From a virus (Duplodnaviria; Caudoviricetes): a stretch of DNA of 64,000 nt. Shown in pieces: positions 55,394 through 64,000 of this stretch. The stretch lies in the IMG/VR virus record IMGVR_UViG_3300026274_000001. One strand, 5' to 3'. Every line of letters begins with the position of its first letter. Within the stretch, counting starts at the first letter, position 1. The notes beneath the pieces are model-generated. The model did no database searches, had not been told where the DNA came from, and saw only the letters and a program-made list of their open reading frames with translations. The translations under genes were made by a program, and so were the position numbers.

Positions 55394-55789
55394 ATGAGCT
55401 ACGCACAACAAACTGGCAGCTTGGTCAATCATCTGTTTGCACGTGGTGTTAAGGGTCAGCCGACTCCGGAAGTTGGAATGGGTGCAACGCTGTTGAGCTA
55501 CACTGATCGTCATGCAGCAACGATCTGCAAGGTCGAAACGATCCGCGGTGTTCTGTATATCGGCGTGCAAGCAGATAACGCAGTGCGTATCGACAAAAAT
55601 GGCATGAGCGAAAGCCAAGAATATTCCTACTTGCCTGACCCGAACGGTTACGTGCAGATGTTCCGCTTGGGTAAGAGCGGAATGTGGGAAGCGATCGTGA
55701 AGAACACGGAAACGGGTCGCTGGAAAAAGACTAATAATGGTGGTCTGCGGATCGGTCACCGCGAAACGTATCACGACTTCAGCTTCTAA
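55394..55789 (+). CDS. Conserved phage hypothetical protein
   Basis: PEVGMGAT....TDRHA.TI...G.R..Y.D.SF. Confidence 0.8.
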   Translation: MSYAQQTGSLVNHLFARGVKGQPTPEVGMGATLLSYTDRHAATICKVETIRGVLYIGVQADNAVRIDKNGMSESQEYSYLPDPNGYVQMFRLGKSGMWEAIVKNTETGRWKKTNNGGLRIGHRETYHDFSF

Positions 55790-55807
55790 GCTTAGAAGCT
55801 GCTACGC

Positions 55808-55833
55808 AAAAAGCGGAACTAAGTTCCGCTTTT
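55808..55833 (+). terminator. Intrinsic terminator
   Basis: AAAAAGCGGAACTAAGTTCCGCTTTT. Confidence 0.8.
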
Positions 55834-55902
55834 GTTCATTTGACGCTTGTGTTTTAATCATATGAACGTATAATGTAGTATGGTTAAAAACGGGAGAGAT
55901 AC

Positions 55903-56340
55903 ATGAAGGTACCGCCAGTTGGCTCAAAGGTCACTGTTATCGTTAGCAACGATACTAGCTGGATGCTCATCGATGCTCCACAGGAACGTATCATTTCCGG
56001 GACAGTTGTAAGAAGTGCAGATTGGGATGCTGAAAATACATTTCGGTTATTCACTGGCGACCCCAACAACCCCACCTCAGTCATTCCCGTCTCCCACGTA
56101 AAGAGCGTAACTGACGGAGCTGGCAAGACCGTTAAAATGAATGCGGTGCGTATGATTGATCGTGGTGAACCCAAGATCGATGCATGGCAGGTAACTGGTA
56201 GCAAGGGTGACATCTACACTGTTACTCGAACGGATGACTTCTGGACTTGCTCTTGCGTTGGCTTTCAATTCAAGCGTAATTGTGGCCATATCAAGAAGAA
56301 ACAAGAAGAACTGGCAAGCAAGAAAGCTGTTGCCAGTTGA
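55903..56340 (+). CDS. SWIM zinc-finger protein
   Basis: V.GSKG..YTV....WTCSCVGF....NCGHI. Confidence 0.85.
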   Translation: MKVPPVGSKVTVIVSNDTSWMLIDAPQERIISGTVVRSADWDAENTFRLFTGDPNNPTSVIPVSHVKSVTDGAGKTVKMNAVRMIDRGEPKIDAWQVTGSKGDIYTVTRTDDFWTCSCVGFQFKRNCGHIKKKQEELASKKAVAS

Positions 56341-56364
56341 ATTCTTACATATGGGAGTGGCGTT

Positions 56365-56523
56365 ATGACTGATATGTTTGACTTTCTGCAAGAAGCATAC
56401 GACCAAGGCTCAGACGCTTACTACGCAGGGCTCCCACGCGCCAGTAACCCGCGGATATCAGACGAAATGCGTGAATCGTGGTTTGCTGGCTATGATAGGG
56501 CCAAAGAACTTGATGATGAATAA
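56365..56523 (+). CDS. Rmf/CrpP-like small protein (not in track)
   Basis: EAYDQGSDAYYAG....NP.....R.SWFAGYDRA; GGAG SD. Confidence 0.55.
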   Translation: MTDMFDFLQEAYDQGSDAYYAGLPRASNPRISDEMRESWFAGYDRAKELDDE

Positions 56524-56587
56524 TGCTTGATTGATTCACCATATGAATACATAATTCAAATATGGTGATAACTGAAAAGGGGAACAT

Positions 56588-56926
56588 ATGTCGCAGAATA
56601 AGAAGACGCCCAAGCATCTGATCGATTTGATTCAACGGCATCTCAACCAGTCGTCCTTCACCGACGAAGTGCTTCGTGCAAAGAAGCTGCCGCTTGAAAA
56701 TCAAGCGGACATGGTCAAGATGAACAGCGAGGATTGGTGGATTGGTCGGCAAGTAGGATTGAATCAGATGCTGGACGATGCCCTTTGTGCGTATGGCTGC
56801 TACAACGGCTTCCGCTACATTGCAGAGACTGTCACTACGATCGAAAGCAAGCGTATGCGTTTGCCTATCGGTCCGGATCATCCGGAATACAAGGAATGGC
56901 GCGTCGAATACTATGTGAAAGCATAA
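56588..56926 (+). CDS. Hypothetical protein, paralogue of 53756-54037
   Basis: GLNQML..L....CYNG...PDHPEYKEWR..Y. Confidence 0.8.
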   Translation: MSQNKKTPKHLIDLIQRHLNQSSFTDEVLRAKKLPLENQADMVKMNSEDWWIGRQVGLNQMLDDALCAYGCYNGFRYIAETVTTIESKRMRLPIGPDHPEYKEWRVEYYVKA

Positions 56927-56942
56927 GCGACACTGCATCAAC

Positions 56943-56970
56943 AAAAAGACCAGCAAATGCTGGTCTTTTT
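56943..56970 (+). terminator. Intrinsic terminator
   Basis: AAAAAGACCAGCAAATGCTGGTCTTTTT. Confidence 0.8.
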
Positions 56971-57047
56971 CATTTGATTCAAATAATGCTTGATTGGTTG
57001 CCATATGAACGTATCATAAGAACATGGTAAACAGGCAAGGAGATAAA

Positions 57048-57419
57048 ATGAGCATTCGGAAAAACATCGGTTACCACACCCGCTCACGCGTTGACAACAG
57101 TATCAAATTTACTGGCGGTAGTTTCGGTGGTACATTTGACCAAGAAACTATTGAGCGCCTGGTCAATGCTCACTTCACAGTGAAAGTGAAAAGTAACGGC
57201 CACGCTGTATTCATTGATCGTGAGGGGCGCGAATGCTGGCTCTACGTAACGGTTGATCCTGACTCCACCGCAAAGGGCAAAGCTGCATTGGCTGAATACC
57301 GCAAAACGGTAGAACAGCAACAACGCATCGAACGTGAAAAGGAAGATCGTTTAGAGATATTGATGCAAAGCATGACCACCGACGAACTGCTGAAGCTCTT
57401 AGAAAATAAAGGCGACTGA
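57048..57419 (+). CDS. Hypothetical early protein
   Basis: AAGGAG SD; promoter 56990-57017. Confidence 0.8.
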   Translation: MSIRKNIGYHTRSRVDNSIKFTGGSFGGTFDQETIERLVNAHFTVKVKSNGHAVFIDREGRECWLYVTVDPDSTAKGKAALAEYRKTVEQQQRIEREKEDRLEILMQSMTTDELLKLLENKGD

Positions 57420-57501
57420 AGCGATTATCAATGGTAATGCTTGATTCTATTGCCATATGAACATAGAATTGATACATGGTAAACAAACAAGGAGAAACAA
57501 A

Positions 57502-57879
57502 ATGTCGAACAAGCATGCACTGCAAACGTATCTGGAACAAGTTCGTGATGATGGTTATGAATTCGAAATCCGTAGCTACAGTGGTCGTGGTATGTTCGGT
57601 GCTTCCTGTGTTGCCGTTACGTTGGACCGAGACAGCATTTCGCAGTGCGAACTGATTGCTCGTGTCGTTGCTGCCGCTGCTTACGAAGGTGCCGAAAAGG
57701 CAGAAGAAGAAGGCGATTTTGCTGCTGAAGGCGTGTCGTCCAACACGATGGACATTGTTGACGCAATGCGCAATACGAGCACTGATAGCATGGGCCTTGG
57801 TACTGTGATCTACTGGCCGAACGTGCCCTATGTTGCTGGTGAAGAAGCCAACGAGGAGACGGAAGAAGATGATTCTTAA
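57502..57879 (+). CDS. Conserved phage hypothetical protein
   Basis: RSYSGRGMFG..CVAV..DSMGLG.VIYWP. Confidence 0.8.
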   Translation: MSNKHALQTYLEQVRDDGYEFEIRSYSGRGMFGASCVAVTLDRDSISQCELIARVVAAAAYEGAEKAEEEGDFAAEGVSSNTMDIVDAMRNTSTDSMGLGTVIYWPNVPYVAGEEANEETEEDDS

Positions 57880-58090
57880 TCGTTACCGCATACGTTACTG
57901 GTCTAATGTAGATTGGTGTTGGATTAGCGAAACGTTGATCGCTCAAACGGAAGCACAAGTGATTGAATACGCGGATAAACAATGTGCTCCGCAGTACCGT
58001 ATGCGGCTTGATCTCTCAACGAATACTAAACGTCAAACGCTTGAGATTGAACACGAGGGGCCCATAACATTGCCCTATGTGATCGACTAA
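57869..58090 (+). CDS. Hypothetical protein
   Basis: GAGGAG SD before ATG 57869. Confidence 0.6.
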   Translation: MILNRYRIRYWSNVDWCWISETLIAQTEAQVIEYADKQCAPQYRMRLDLSTNTKRQTLEIEHEGPITLPYVID

Positions 58091-58122
58091 CACTTGCAAG
58101 GATAGTCATATGAACATAATAT

Positions 58123-58467
58123 ATGGCTATCTTTTACTTTGGGAGAATCACAGTGGAACAGTATAGTGAAGGTTGGTATAAGCACTTTACGGCAGTTCAA
58201 ATAGAAGCCTTACTTACTGCTGGCTTCGTTCGTGTCTCTCACAGTGGTGAGCATGGTTTCAACAAACGGGTGGCGTACAACCAACTGCCCCAAGATGACA
58301 TTGAGGATGTCATGAGTCCCGATGATATCATCCTGGGTAAGGAAGAAGTCATCGTACGAATTTATGCGGACGACGGCAGCGTTTCAATTGAAACCGCAGA
58401 GGCATACGTTGGCCCGATCCCAGCAGACAGCAAACTTGCGGAAAAGATCCTGACTAGCTGCTTTTAA
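58123..58467 (+). CDS. Hypothetical protein
   Basis: Promoter 58094-58122; ATG near +1. Confidence 0.6.
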   Translation: MAIFYFGRITVEQYSEGWYKHFTAVQIEALLTAGFVRVSHSGEHGFNKRVAYNQLPQDDIEDVMSPDDIILGKEEVIVRIYADDGSVSIETAEAYVGPIPADSKLAEKILTSCF

Positions 58468-58546
58468 CACTGTATTTAAAGCGATGGCTTTACTACAATA
58501 GATTAAAACTAATAGTGGTTCTGGCTCATAAAAACAGGAGAGTAAA

Positions 58547-58744
58547 ATGGTTCATGTGATTGTAGACAAGTCCCAACTCAAAGTGGATGAATGGCTGTTG
58601 CACCAACATTTGGGCATGGTGCGTTATACGCAAGATTGCCAGCGTTTGGAAGCTATGCATGGTATGCCCGGCACCCTGTACATCAGCGACAGTGGTGAAA
58701 TCAAAGAAGTCACGTTGGCTCTGCTGGAACAGTCAAGTCAATAA
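58547..58744 (+). CDS. Hypothetical protein
   Basis: AGGAG SD. Confidence 0.7.
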   Translation: MVHVIVDKSQLKVDEWLLHQHLGMVRYTQDCQRLEAMHGMPGTLYISDSGEIKEVTLALLEQSSQ

Positions 58745-58745
58745 C

Positions 58746-58802
58746 TTCATTTAACTGTTGATCTCCGCCTCAAGTGAACATATCATTTGATACATGGTAA
58801 AA
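58746..58802 (+). promoter_or_regulatory. Promoter with inverted boxes
   Basis: TTCATTTA-17-CAAGTGAA; TTGATC-17-TATCAT. Confidence 0.8.
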
Positions 58803-58820
58803 CACTTTACGGAGAAACAA

Positions 58821-59120
58821 ATGAAGAAGATCGCTGCTCTCGTGCTTGCATTGGTTGCAACTGTTGCCCACGCTGATGAAGTACGTCCCATCGCCACTTG
58901 TGGTGAAGCGGCCCAATTGATCTCCGGTATTAACGAAGGACGAATCAACGGTCAAAGCGAAGCGGACGTCATTGCACATATTCGTGCGGAAGACGACATT
59001 TCACTCAACGAAGAGTCGGCAGCACTGCACATGGTAAAGTTCGTGTACCACAACGATGTGAAGGAACTGCGCGCTGGTAAGGCTCTTCTGAGCGCTTGCG
59101 TAGTTGCTGTGGTCCGATAA
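58821..59120 (+). CDS. Secreted/periplasmic small protein
   Basis: MKKIAALVLALVATVAHA signal peptide. Confidence 0.8.
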   Translation: MKKIAALVLALVATVAHADEVRPIATCGEAAQLISGINEGRINGQSEADVIAHIRAEDDISLNEESAALHMVKFVYHNDVKELRAGKALLSACVVAVVR

Positions 59121-59143
59121 GCATACAATAAGGAAAATTCAAT

Positions 59144-59659
59144 ATGCAGTTCTCAACTACCCCCAACGATTTTTACGAAGTAAACTATGGCTCAGCTGAT
59201 TCGGTATTGGCTAAACTTACTGATAGCGTCAGAGACTTTGTAGACGAACGGATGCAAACGGCATTAACTACCGCCGCTACAAATTTTACACCTGTGACGA
59301 CGATTACAGCCAATACAAATCAAATGGTTTGTAGGACACGCCCCAACGAAGCTATGCTGGCTCGAGCAATTACCAATGTTGTGAATGGATTAGTTGCTGC
59401 TGGGTTTACGGCCCACACCTCTAGCTTTGATCGAGATTCTGATCAGGATATGATTGTTATCACATTACCGGCCATTGATCCTAATGAGTTACCGCCGGTA
59501 TTCACCGATCGTGAAAAAGAATTGTTGAACAAGCTGGAAGAACTGGTGTGTAATGCCCCGAAGAACATACCTCGCATGGCGTCGACTAAGGTCTTCGAGT
59601 CAGCAAACGAATTGCTTCTTAAATACCGTCCCGATTTTAAGGTACCATGGGAGAAGTAA
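59144..59659 (+). CDS. Hypothetical protein
   Basis: AAGGA SD. Confidence 0.7.
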   Translation: MQFSTTPNDFYEVNYGSADSVLAKLTDSVRDFVDERMQTALTTAATNFTPVTTITANTNQMVCRTRPNEAMLARAITNVVNGLVAAGFTAHTSSFDRDSDQDMIVITLPAIDPNELPPVFTDREKELLNKLEELVCNAPKNIPRMASTKVFESANELLLKYRPDFKVPWEK

Positions 59660-59887
59660 ATGAGTAATGAAAAGTTGATTCAACAGATTCAAGAATCGCT
59701 GCTGTTACACCTTAATGCAACAGTAGGCACTGATACTGATCGAATCGATGCCGCATTTCATATGGCAAACAATCTTATGGCAGCCGCCGATGCACTGCGT
59801 CATGATCAATCAGAAATCGACCGCCTGCTTAGATGCATCGATAGCCTCAATACGCAACTAGCACTGACACGTTCAGGTATTACGTAA
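59660..59887 (+). CDS. Hypothetical protein
   Basis: 75 aa. Confidence 0.65.
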   Translation: MSNEKLIQQIQESLLLHLNATVGTDTDRIDAAFHMANNLMAAADALRHDQSEIDRLLRCIDSLNTQLALTRSGIT

Positions 59888-59949
59888 AACTGTTGACGCC
59901 ATGTTCAGGTGAACGTATCATTTGAACATGGTAAACAACAGGAGCTGAT

Positions 59950-60219
59950 ATGCAATACGTGATTATGCGTGGTGTCAAAAACACTAGCTTCCAGTATCAT
60001 CCCCTCCCCCAAGAAATTCACGGCAAGACCATCAAGCGTGTTTGGCTCCTGATCGACGAAGCGAAATTCCTGGCCAACAATGGCGTGCCCGTTCATTGGG
60101 AAAACGCTTTTCTGGAAGACTCAAACCACGACTGGGAACAAAAGGGCGACTCCCTGCGTTACTACGCCCACAGCAGCGCACCTGACGACGTGGTTGACCT
60201 CATCGTGTACTTCGAATAA
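59950..60219 (+). CDS. Hypothetical early protein
   Basis: AGGAG SD; promoter TTGACG 59893 / TATCAT 59916. Confidence 0.75.
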   Translation: MQYVIMRGVKNTSFQYHPLPQEIHGKTIKRVWLLIDEAKFLANNGVPVHWENAFLEDSNHDWEQKGDSLRYYAHSSAPDDVVDLIVYFE

Positions 60220-60224
60220 GGAGA

Positions 60225-60815
60225 ATGAAAATGGAAGATCAACGCAAAATCGTAATCGTCGGTGCAGGTTATCACAGCCCTGAAATTACCAAGCAATTGA
60301 TGGAATGGGCCAAAGACAACAGCGTTGAAATCATTAGGCACGAGGAGCCTCTTTCTCCTAGCGATGAATTGCAAGCACTGTTCGGTGAAGTTGCTCTGCG
60401 TTTGGATCATAGCGTCTACGTACTTGCCACGCTTCAGGAAGAAGCAGAACTTGAATTCCTCGAAAGCATCATCTACAAGTACGATGTTCGGGTCATTGCT
60501 ACGCCCCATAGCGATGGTGTCACTTGGTTTAAAACCAAGTTCCCTAAGGCGCTTGTGTATAGCTGGCAGCAAGCTCAAGAACTTGGGTTGCATAAACACC
60601 GGCCACTGTCTCAGCAAGAAATTGCACAATTGAAAGATCTCAATCGTGCTACCAACAACGGTCGCGGTTCAAGCGTGCTTGATAGTGTCATCTGTAGCTT
60701 GGAGCAGGGTGACATTGAGGGTGCGTACCAGATAGCGTATATCGATTCCGACAAGCTGCGTCAGTATCGAAACGTATTCAATCGTTTGCTTGCATTGGGC
60801 TTCGATGTGAATTAA
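60225..60815 (+). CDS. Hypothetical protein
   Basis: 196 aa. Confidence 0.75.
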   Translation: MKMEDQRKIVIVGAGYHSPEITKQLMEWAKDNSVEIIRHEEPLSPSDELQALFGEVALRLDHSVYVLATLQEEAELEFLESIIYKYDVRVIATPHSDGVTWFKTKFPKALVYSWQQAQELGLHKHRPLSQQEIAQLKDLNRATNNGRGSSVLDSVICSLEQGDIEGAYQIAYIDSDKLRQYRNVFNRLLALGFDVN

Positions 60816-60870
60816 TCATTTGGCGCTTGACGTCGTGTTCATATGAAAGCACAATAGGAACATGGTGAAA
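60815..60870 (+). promoter_or_regulatory. Promoter with inverted boxes
   Basis: ATCATTTG-17-CATATGAA; TTGACG-17-CACAAT. Confidence 0.8.
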
Positions 60871-60885
60871 AACAAGGAGCGCTAA

Positions 60886-61242
60886 ATGCCCAAGCTTAAT
60901 GTGTTCAAACGTGGTGACAAAGTCCGTATCAAGAAGGGAACGATCGTTTACGAACGGGGCGGCAAACAGCGCGTAGCTGGTCGTGACTATATCGTAACGG
61001 TATATCGTGACTCGGCGGGTTGGTCTGTTAGTGCTCATGTTGCGCTGAATGATCGTGATTATTACGGCCGTTTAGTGCAGCAAGGTTATGACATGGATGC
61101 ACTGCGCAAACTCGAAGTCGACAATCCCCTGGAGTTTGAAAACTTCCGTGTTGAGCTTGAAGCACCGCGTGTTATCTGGAGCGGAAAGGGCGGCTGGTGC
61201 GAAGCCAATATCTCCGACGTTGTGTGGGTGCGAGAGGACTAA
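60886..61242 (+). CDS. Hypothetical protein (SH3-like)
   Basis: FKRGDKVRIKKGT..V.W.G.GGW. Confidence 0.75.
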   Translation: MPKLNVFKRGDKVRIKKGTIVYERGGKQRVAGRDYIVTVYRDSAGWSVSAHVALNDRDYYGRLVQQGYDMDALRKLEVDNPLEFENFRVELEAPRVIWSGKGGWCEANISDVVWVRED

Positions 61243-61308
61243 TTGCTTGCTTGGTACGTCATATGAACATAATATGACGTACGGTAACTCACAGGGAGAA
61301 TAATCGAT

Positions 61309-61821
61309 ATGGCGTCAGATCTCGACTTGTATATTTGTGACACCAGGGCACGTCGTGCATTTGCTCGACAAGAAGCTCGTACCCGGTTCAACGAAAGCGG
61401 TGGTGACGAACCTTCACAGTATGGCTGGATGGAAATGAAGGTCCATGGAATCTGGCTACATGAAGATGTTGTATTTGGTCAGGATCTAGAATACACCGAC
61501 GTTCGTCGTAAAACCTATCGACAACGTTATAGTGTTGATGTGTTGCGAAACGCCGACTATGTATGGTTGGGGCGTATGTCTTGGGGCAAAGCATCAATAG
61601 ACGGTGATGTCGATCGTTACGTGCCTGAGCTTGTGCAAAAGGTCAGTGACCTTTTCCAAGGCCGAAAGCTTGTGATGATTAACGATAAGTTGATTGCACT
61701 TATCGAGCAAGCATTCAAGGACTCTGCACCAAACGAGCATTACAAAACCGCCGAACGGGAAGAAGTGATCAGTTTTCTCAAACAGCACAAAGGCAAACGA
61801 GCATTTGCCCTGAATTCATAG
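61309..61821 (+). CDS. Hypothetical protein
   Basis: GGGAG SD. Confidence 0.75.
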   Translation: MASDLDLYICDTRARRAFARQEARTRFNESGGDEPSQYGWMEMKVHGIWLHEDVVFGQDLEYTDVRRKTYRQRYSVDVLRNADYVWLGRMSWGKASIDGDVDRYVPELVQKVSDLFQGRKLVMINDKLIALIEQAFKDSAPNEHYKTAEREEVISFLKQHKGKRAFALNS

Positions 61822-61830
61822 GAGAACACA

Positions 61831-62136
61831 ATGGTTGCACCGATTAGTCCAAACGAAGTAGAACAGATGCCAGAGAAGGCATTTCCAGATTTTGTCCTGG
61901 AAGCCTTCAATGAAGTGATTCAGCGGAACTATCGCAATGGTCGAGCACGTTTTGCATTCGACGAAGTCGTGAAAGAGATGGTAAGGCGTTCGCCGAAAAG
62001 GCTGACTAGAGAGCAAGTGTATACAAACGGCTACCTGGATGTTGAGCAAGTGTACCGTAAGCAGGGCTGGCGGGTAGAGTCGGATTCTCCAGGCTTTAAC
62101 GAAAGCGGCACGTCTACTTTCACTTTCTCGAAATAA
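61831..62136 (+). CDS. Conserved phage hypothetical protein
   Basis: PDFV.EAFN..I..LDVE..YR..GW.V.SD.PG.NE. Confidence 0.8.
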   Translation: MVAPISPNEVEQMPEKAFPDFVLEAFNEVIQRNYRNGRARFAFDEVVKEMVRRSPKRLTREQVYTNGYLDVEQVYRKQGWRVESDSPGFNESGTSTFTFSK

Positions 62137-62183
62137 TACTTGCAGGTATAGCCATATGAATTTACTATAGCTACACACCAATC

Positions 62184-62753
62184 ATGGAGAGCATAATGGA
62201 TAACAAATACGGTAGCATGTTGATAAACGGGAAACGAGTTGATGAGCTGACTTTGGAAATTCCGTTTATGAATGTAGCCCAATGTTATTCATTCTCCAAT
62301 GCCATACTCGATATGAGTGCTGCTGCTGAGGACGTACAAGAAGGTGGATACAACGAAACTATCGAAGGGTTGTCTGAGCCTTTCGAGGCGGTGATTGCTC
62401 GTCAGGAAGTATTGGCGGTTGCTACTGCTGCCGAAGTAGAACGTGGTATCGACTCTGGACGCCTTATTAAGGTTGATCATACCGTTTATGAACGTAGCGT
62501 TCACGCGTTGCTGGCTATGCGTTCTATGTTCGGAGACTTGGTTACTGACGTGTTTGTCGATCAACAGTATTTGGAGCACCAGGCTCTCGAGAGCCGTGCA
62601 TTTGGTGAAGAACGAATTATTAAAGCAGAAATCAACAACGACGAGCAACTTGAAATGGATATCAGCGGTCTTAATATGATCGTGCAATTCGCCGATGGCC
62701 GTCGTATCGAAATGACCAATTCTGAATGGGGTCACTTCAAGCGTATCGAATAA
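62184..62753 (+). CDS. Hypothetical protein
   Basis: NSEWG C-terminus. Confidence 0.7.
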   Translation: MESIMDNKYGSMLINGKRVDELTLEIPFMNVAQCYSFSNAILDMSAAAEDVQEGGYNETIEGLSEPFEAVIARQEVLAVATAAEVERGIDSGRLIKVDHTVYERSVHALLAMRSMFGDLVTDVFVDQQYLEHQALESRAFGEERIIKAEINNDEQLEMDISGLNMIVQFADGRRIEMTNSEWGHFKRIE

Positions 62754-62761
62754 GGAAAAAT

Positions 62762-63559
62762 ATGTTTTGGGTCTTACAGAAAAACCTCTTTAACGAGCAA
62801 GCCTTTATGAGCTTGCTCGAGCAGCTTGAACGGCAGGATGTGCCACATGAGATTGTGAGCCTAGTGCCGTTTATCCAACAAATGACGCCTGACATCAATC
62901 CTGAAGGACTGGTGTATGTATGCGGTTCTACGGGTATTGGTAAGGTTGCCCGTAAGAAGGGCTGGACCCCTGGCTACTTTGATGACAACTTGGATTACGA
63001 GTTGGTCATGAAAAATTACGGTGAAGACTGCTTGAACTGGCGTGGTCACGTCACGACAATGCGCGATGCCAGCAAGGAGTTACTGGTAAACCCAGAAGTA
63101 AAGTTCTTTACGCGCCCTTGCTCTGATACGAAATCGTATTCCGGCCAAGTAATGGAATGGAAAGAATTCGACGAATGGCGAAACAAAGTAGTCGCACTGT
63201 CGGAAGATGGCGAAGATAACTCGCTCACCACCTTGCAGCCTGAAGATAAAATCGTTATCGCCCCGTTGACTACCATTTATTCCGAGACTCGTTTCTATGT
63301 TGTTGATGGCGAAGTGGTTACTGGCTCCCTGTATAAATTTGGTAATCAAGTACAGTACAGCGATGATGTGATGCCTTTCATTAAGGACTTTGCCCAGGAA
63401 AAGGTAAATCAGTGGCAGCCAAATCGAGCATTTGTGCTTGACATTGCAGACACTGATGAAGGTCCAAAAGTGATCGAAATCAACGCCATCAATTCGTCAG
63501 GCTTTTATGCTTGTGATATGGGCAAGTACATCGACGCTATTAATTCAATGGAATTTTGA
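62762..63559 (+). CDS. ATP-grasp domain protein (R2K/DUF4343-like)
   Basis: FTRP..DTK.YSG, E.RFYVVDGEVVT.S.Y, FVLDIA.....KVIEIN.INSSGFY. Confidence 0.85.
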   Translation: MFWVLQKNLFNEQAFMSLLEQLERQDVPHEIVSLVPFIQQMTPDINPEGLVYVCGSTGIGKVARKKGWTPGYFDDNLDYELVMKNYGEDCLNWRGHVTTMRDASKELLVNPEVKFFTRPCSDTKSYSGQVMEWKEFDEWRNKVVALSEDGEDNSLTTLQPEDKIVIAPLTTIYSETRFYVVDGEVVTGSLYKFGNQVQYSDDVMPFIKDFAQEKVNQWQPNRAFVLDIADTDEGPKVIEINAINSSGFYACDMGKYIDAINSMEF

Positions 63560-63560
63560 T

Positions 63561-63731
63561 ATGTTAGTTAAATCAAACCAAGATGCTTTTGGATGTTGGC
63601 TAGTTGATTTGTTGAATGGTGAGCAAGCCAGAGAACAAGCATGGATTGAACACTGTAAGAAAGAAAGGCAATTCCGTGACCGTAAAAGACGTGCCAAGGC
63701 GATAAAAGCGCGTTTGGGTAAAGGTAGATAA
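63561..63731 (+). CDS. Small basic protein
   Basis: ATG 63561; RKRRAKAIKAR. Confidence 0.55.
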   Translation: MLVKSNQDAFGCWLVDLLNGEQAREQAWIEHCKKERQFRDRKRRAKAIKARLGKGR

Positions 63732-63733
63732 AT

Positions 63734-63774
63734 TTCATTTGGTTCTTGCAACAATGTTCAAGTGAACATATCAT
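63734..63774 (+). promoter_or_regulatory. Promoter with inverted boxes
   Basis: TTCATTTG-17-CAAGTGAA; TTGCAA-17-TATCAT. Confidence 0.8.
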
Positions 63775-63800
63775 TGAGTATGATTAATCAAGGGGGAAAT

Positions 63801-64000
63801 ATGAAGAAACTGATGATGTTGATGCTGCTGTCTGTGGCTACGGTTGCCCATGCGTCAAGCAAGCAAGAATGGGCTGATGCAGTTTGTCGCATCAATGCTA
63901 GTGAAGCTTCGGAAATTGCACAGTACCGAGATGCTGGCTTTCCAATCACAGAAGCTTCCAACCGTGCGATCAAGTTCATGGCAAGCACTGGCCTCTTCAA
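63801..64000 (+). CDS. Secreted protein, runs off the window
   Basis: MKKLMMLMLLSVATVAHA signal peptide; GGGGGA SD; resembles 58821-59120. Confidence 0.7.
   Translation, partial: MKKLMMLMLLSVATVAHASSKQEWADAVCRINASEASEIAQYRDAGFPITEASNRAIKFMASTGLF

Noticed and set aside
54199-58820. N-terminal MVN.. extensions in the ORF track (54199, 55367, 57024, 58794)
   Set aside because: That ATG belongs to the +1 promoter motif; strong SDs lie downstream before the true ATG, and the same motif is out of frame elsewhere
54100-63800. CRISPR-like array from recurring ~55-bp elements
   Set aside because: The elements are degenerate promoters separated by whole genes of variable length; there are no cas genes and no regular spacers
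1-64000. Stop-codon recoding (TAG/TGA)
   Set aside because: Coding density is high in the standard code, and TAG and TGA both end well-supported genes; the two odd starts are better explained locally
1-64000. Introns, inteins, homing endonucleases, integrase or IS elements
   Set aside because: No split conserved genes, no intein C/S..HN ends in enlarged enzymes, and no HNH/GIY-YIG/recombinase motifs recognised

Overview
64-kb segment of a large lytic tailed-phage genome (jumbo/T4-like myovirus character; the host is probably a proteobacterium, by inference). It is densely packed with short, mostly + strand hypothetical genes, many in tandem paralogue arrays. Recognisable auxiliary genes are Hsp20, a NadR-type kinase/ATPase, ClpS, a TGT/DpdA-like protein, RNase H, CCA-adding enzyme, an N-terminally truncated ThrRS, an archaeal-type AspRS, tRNA-Arg(UCU), an alpha/beta hydrolase, a PNK-like kinase, a SleB-type wall hydrolase, a protein kinase, a sugar epimerase, Nudix, NadM-Nudix plus NAMPT (NAD salvage) and an ATP-grasp protein. 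No capsid, terminase, polymerase, integrase or CRISPR array is present. The most notable signals are regulatory: (1) an apparently complete ribosome-stalling attenuator (Asn/Asp-rich leader peptide, antiterminator, terminator) in front of the phage aspS; (2) a covarying ATAGA-loop hairpin in front of four genes of the NAD-salvage region; (3) about 24 sigma70-type promoters sharing a fixed-position CAWRTGAA box, often as an inverted repeat around the -35; (4) a ROSE-like thermometer on hsp20. All family assignments come from motif recognition by eye; no database search was run.
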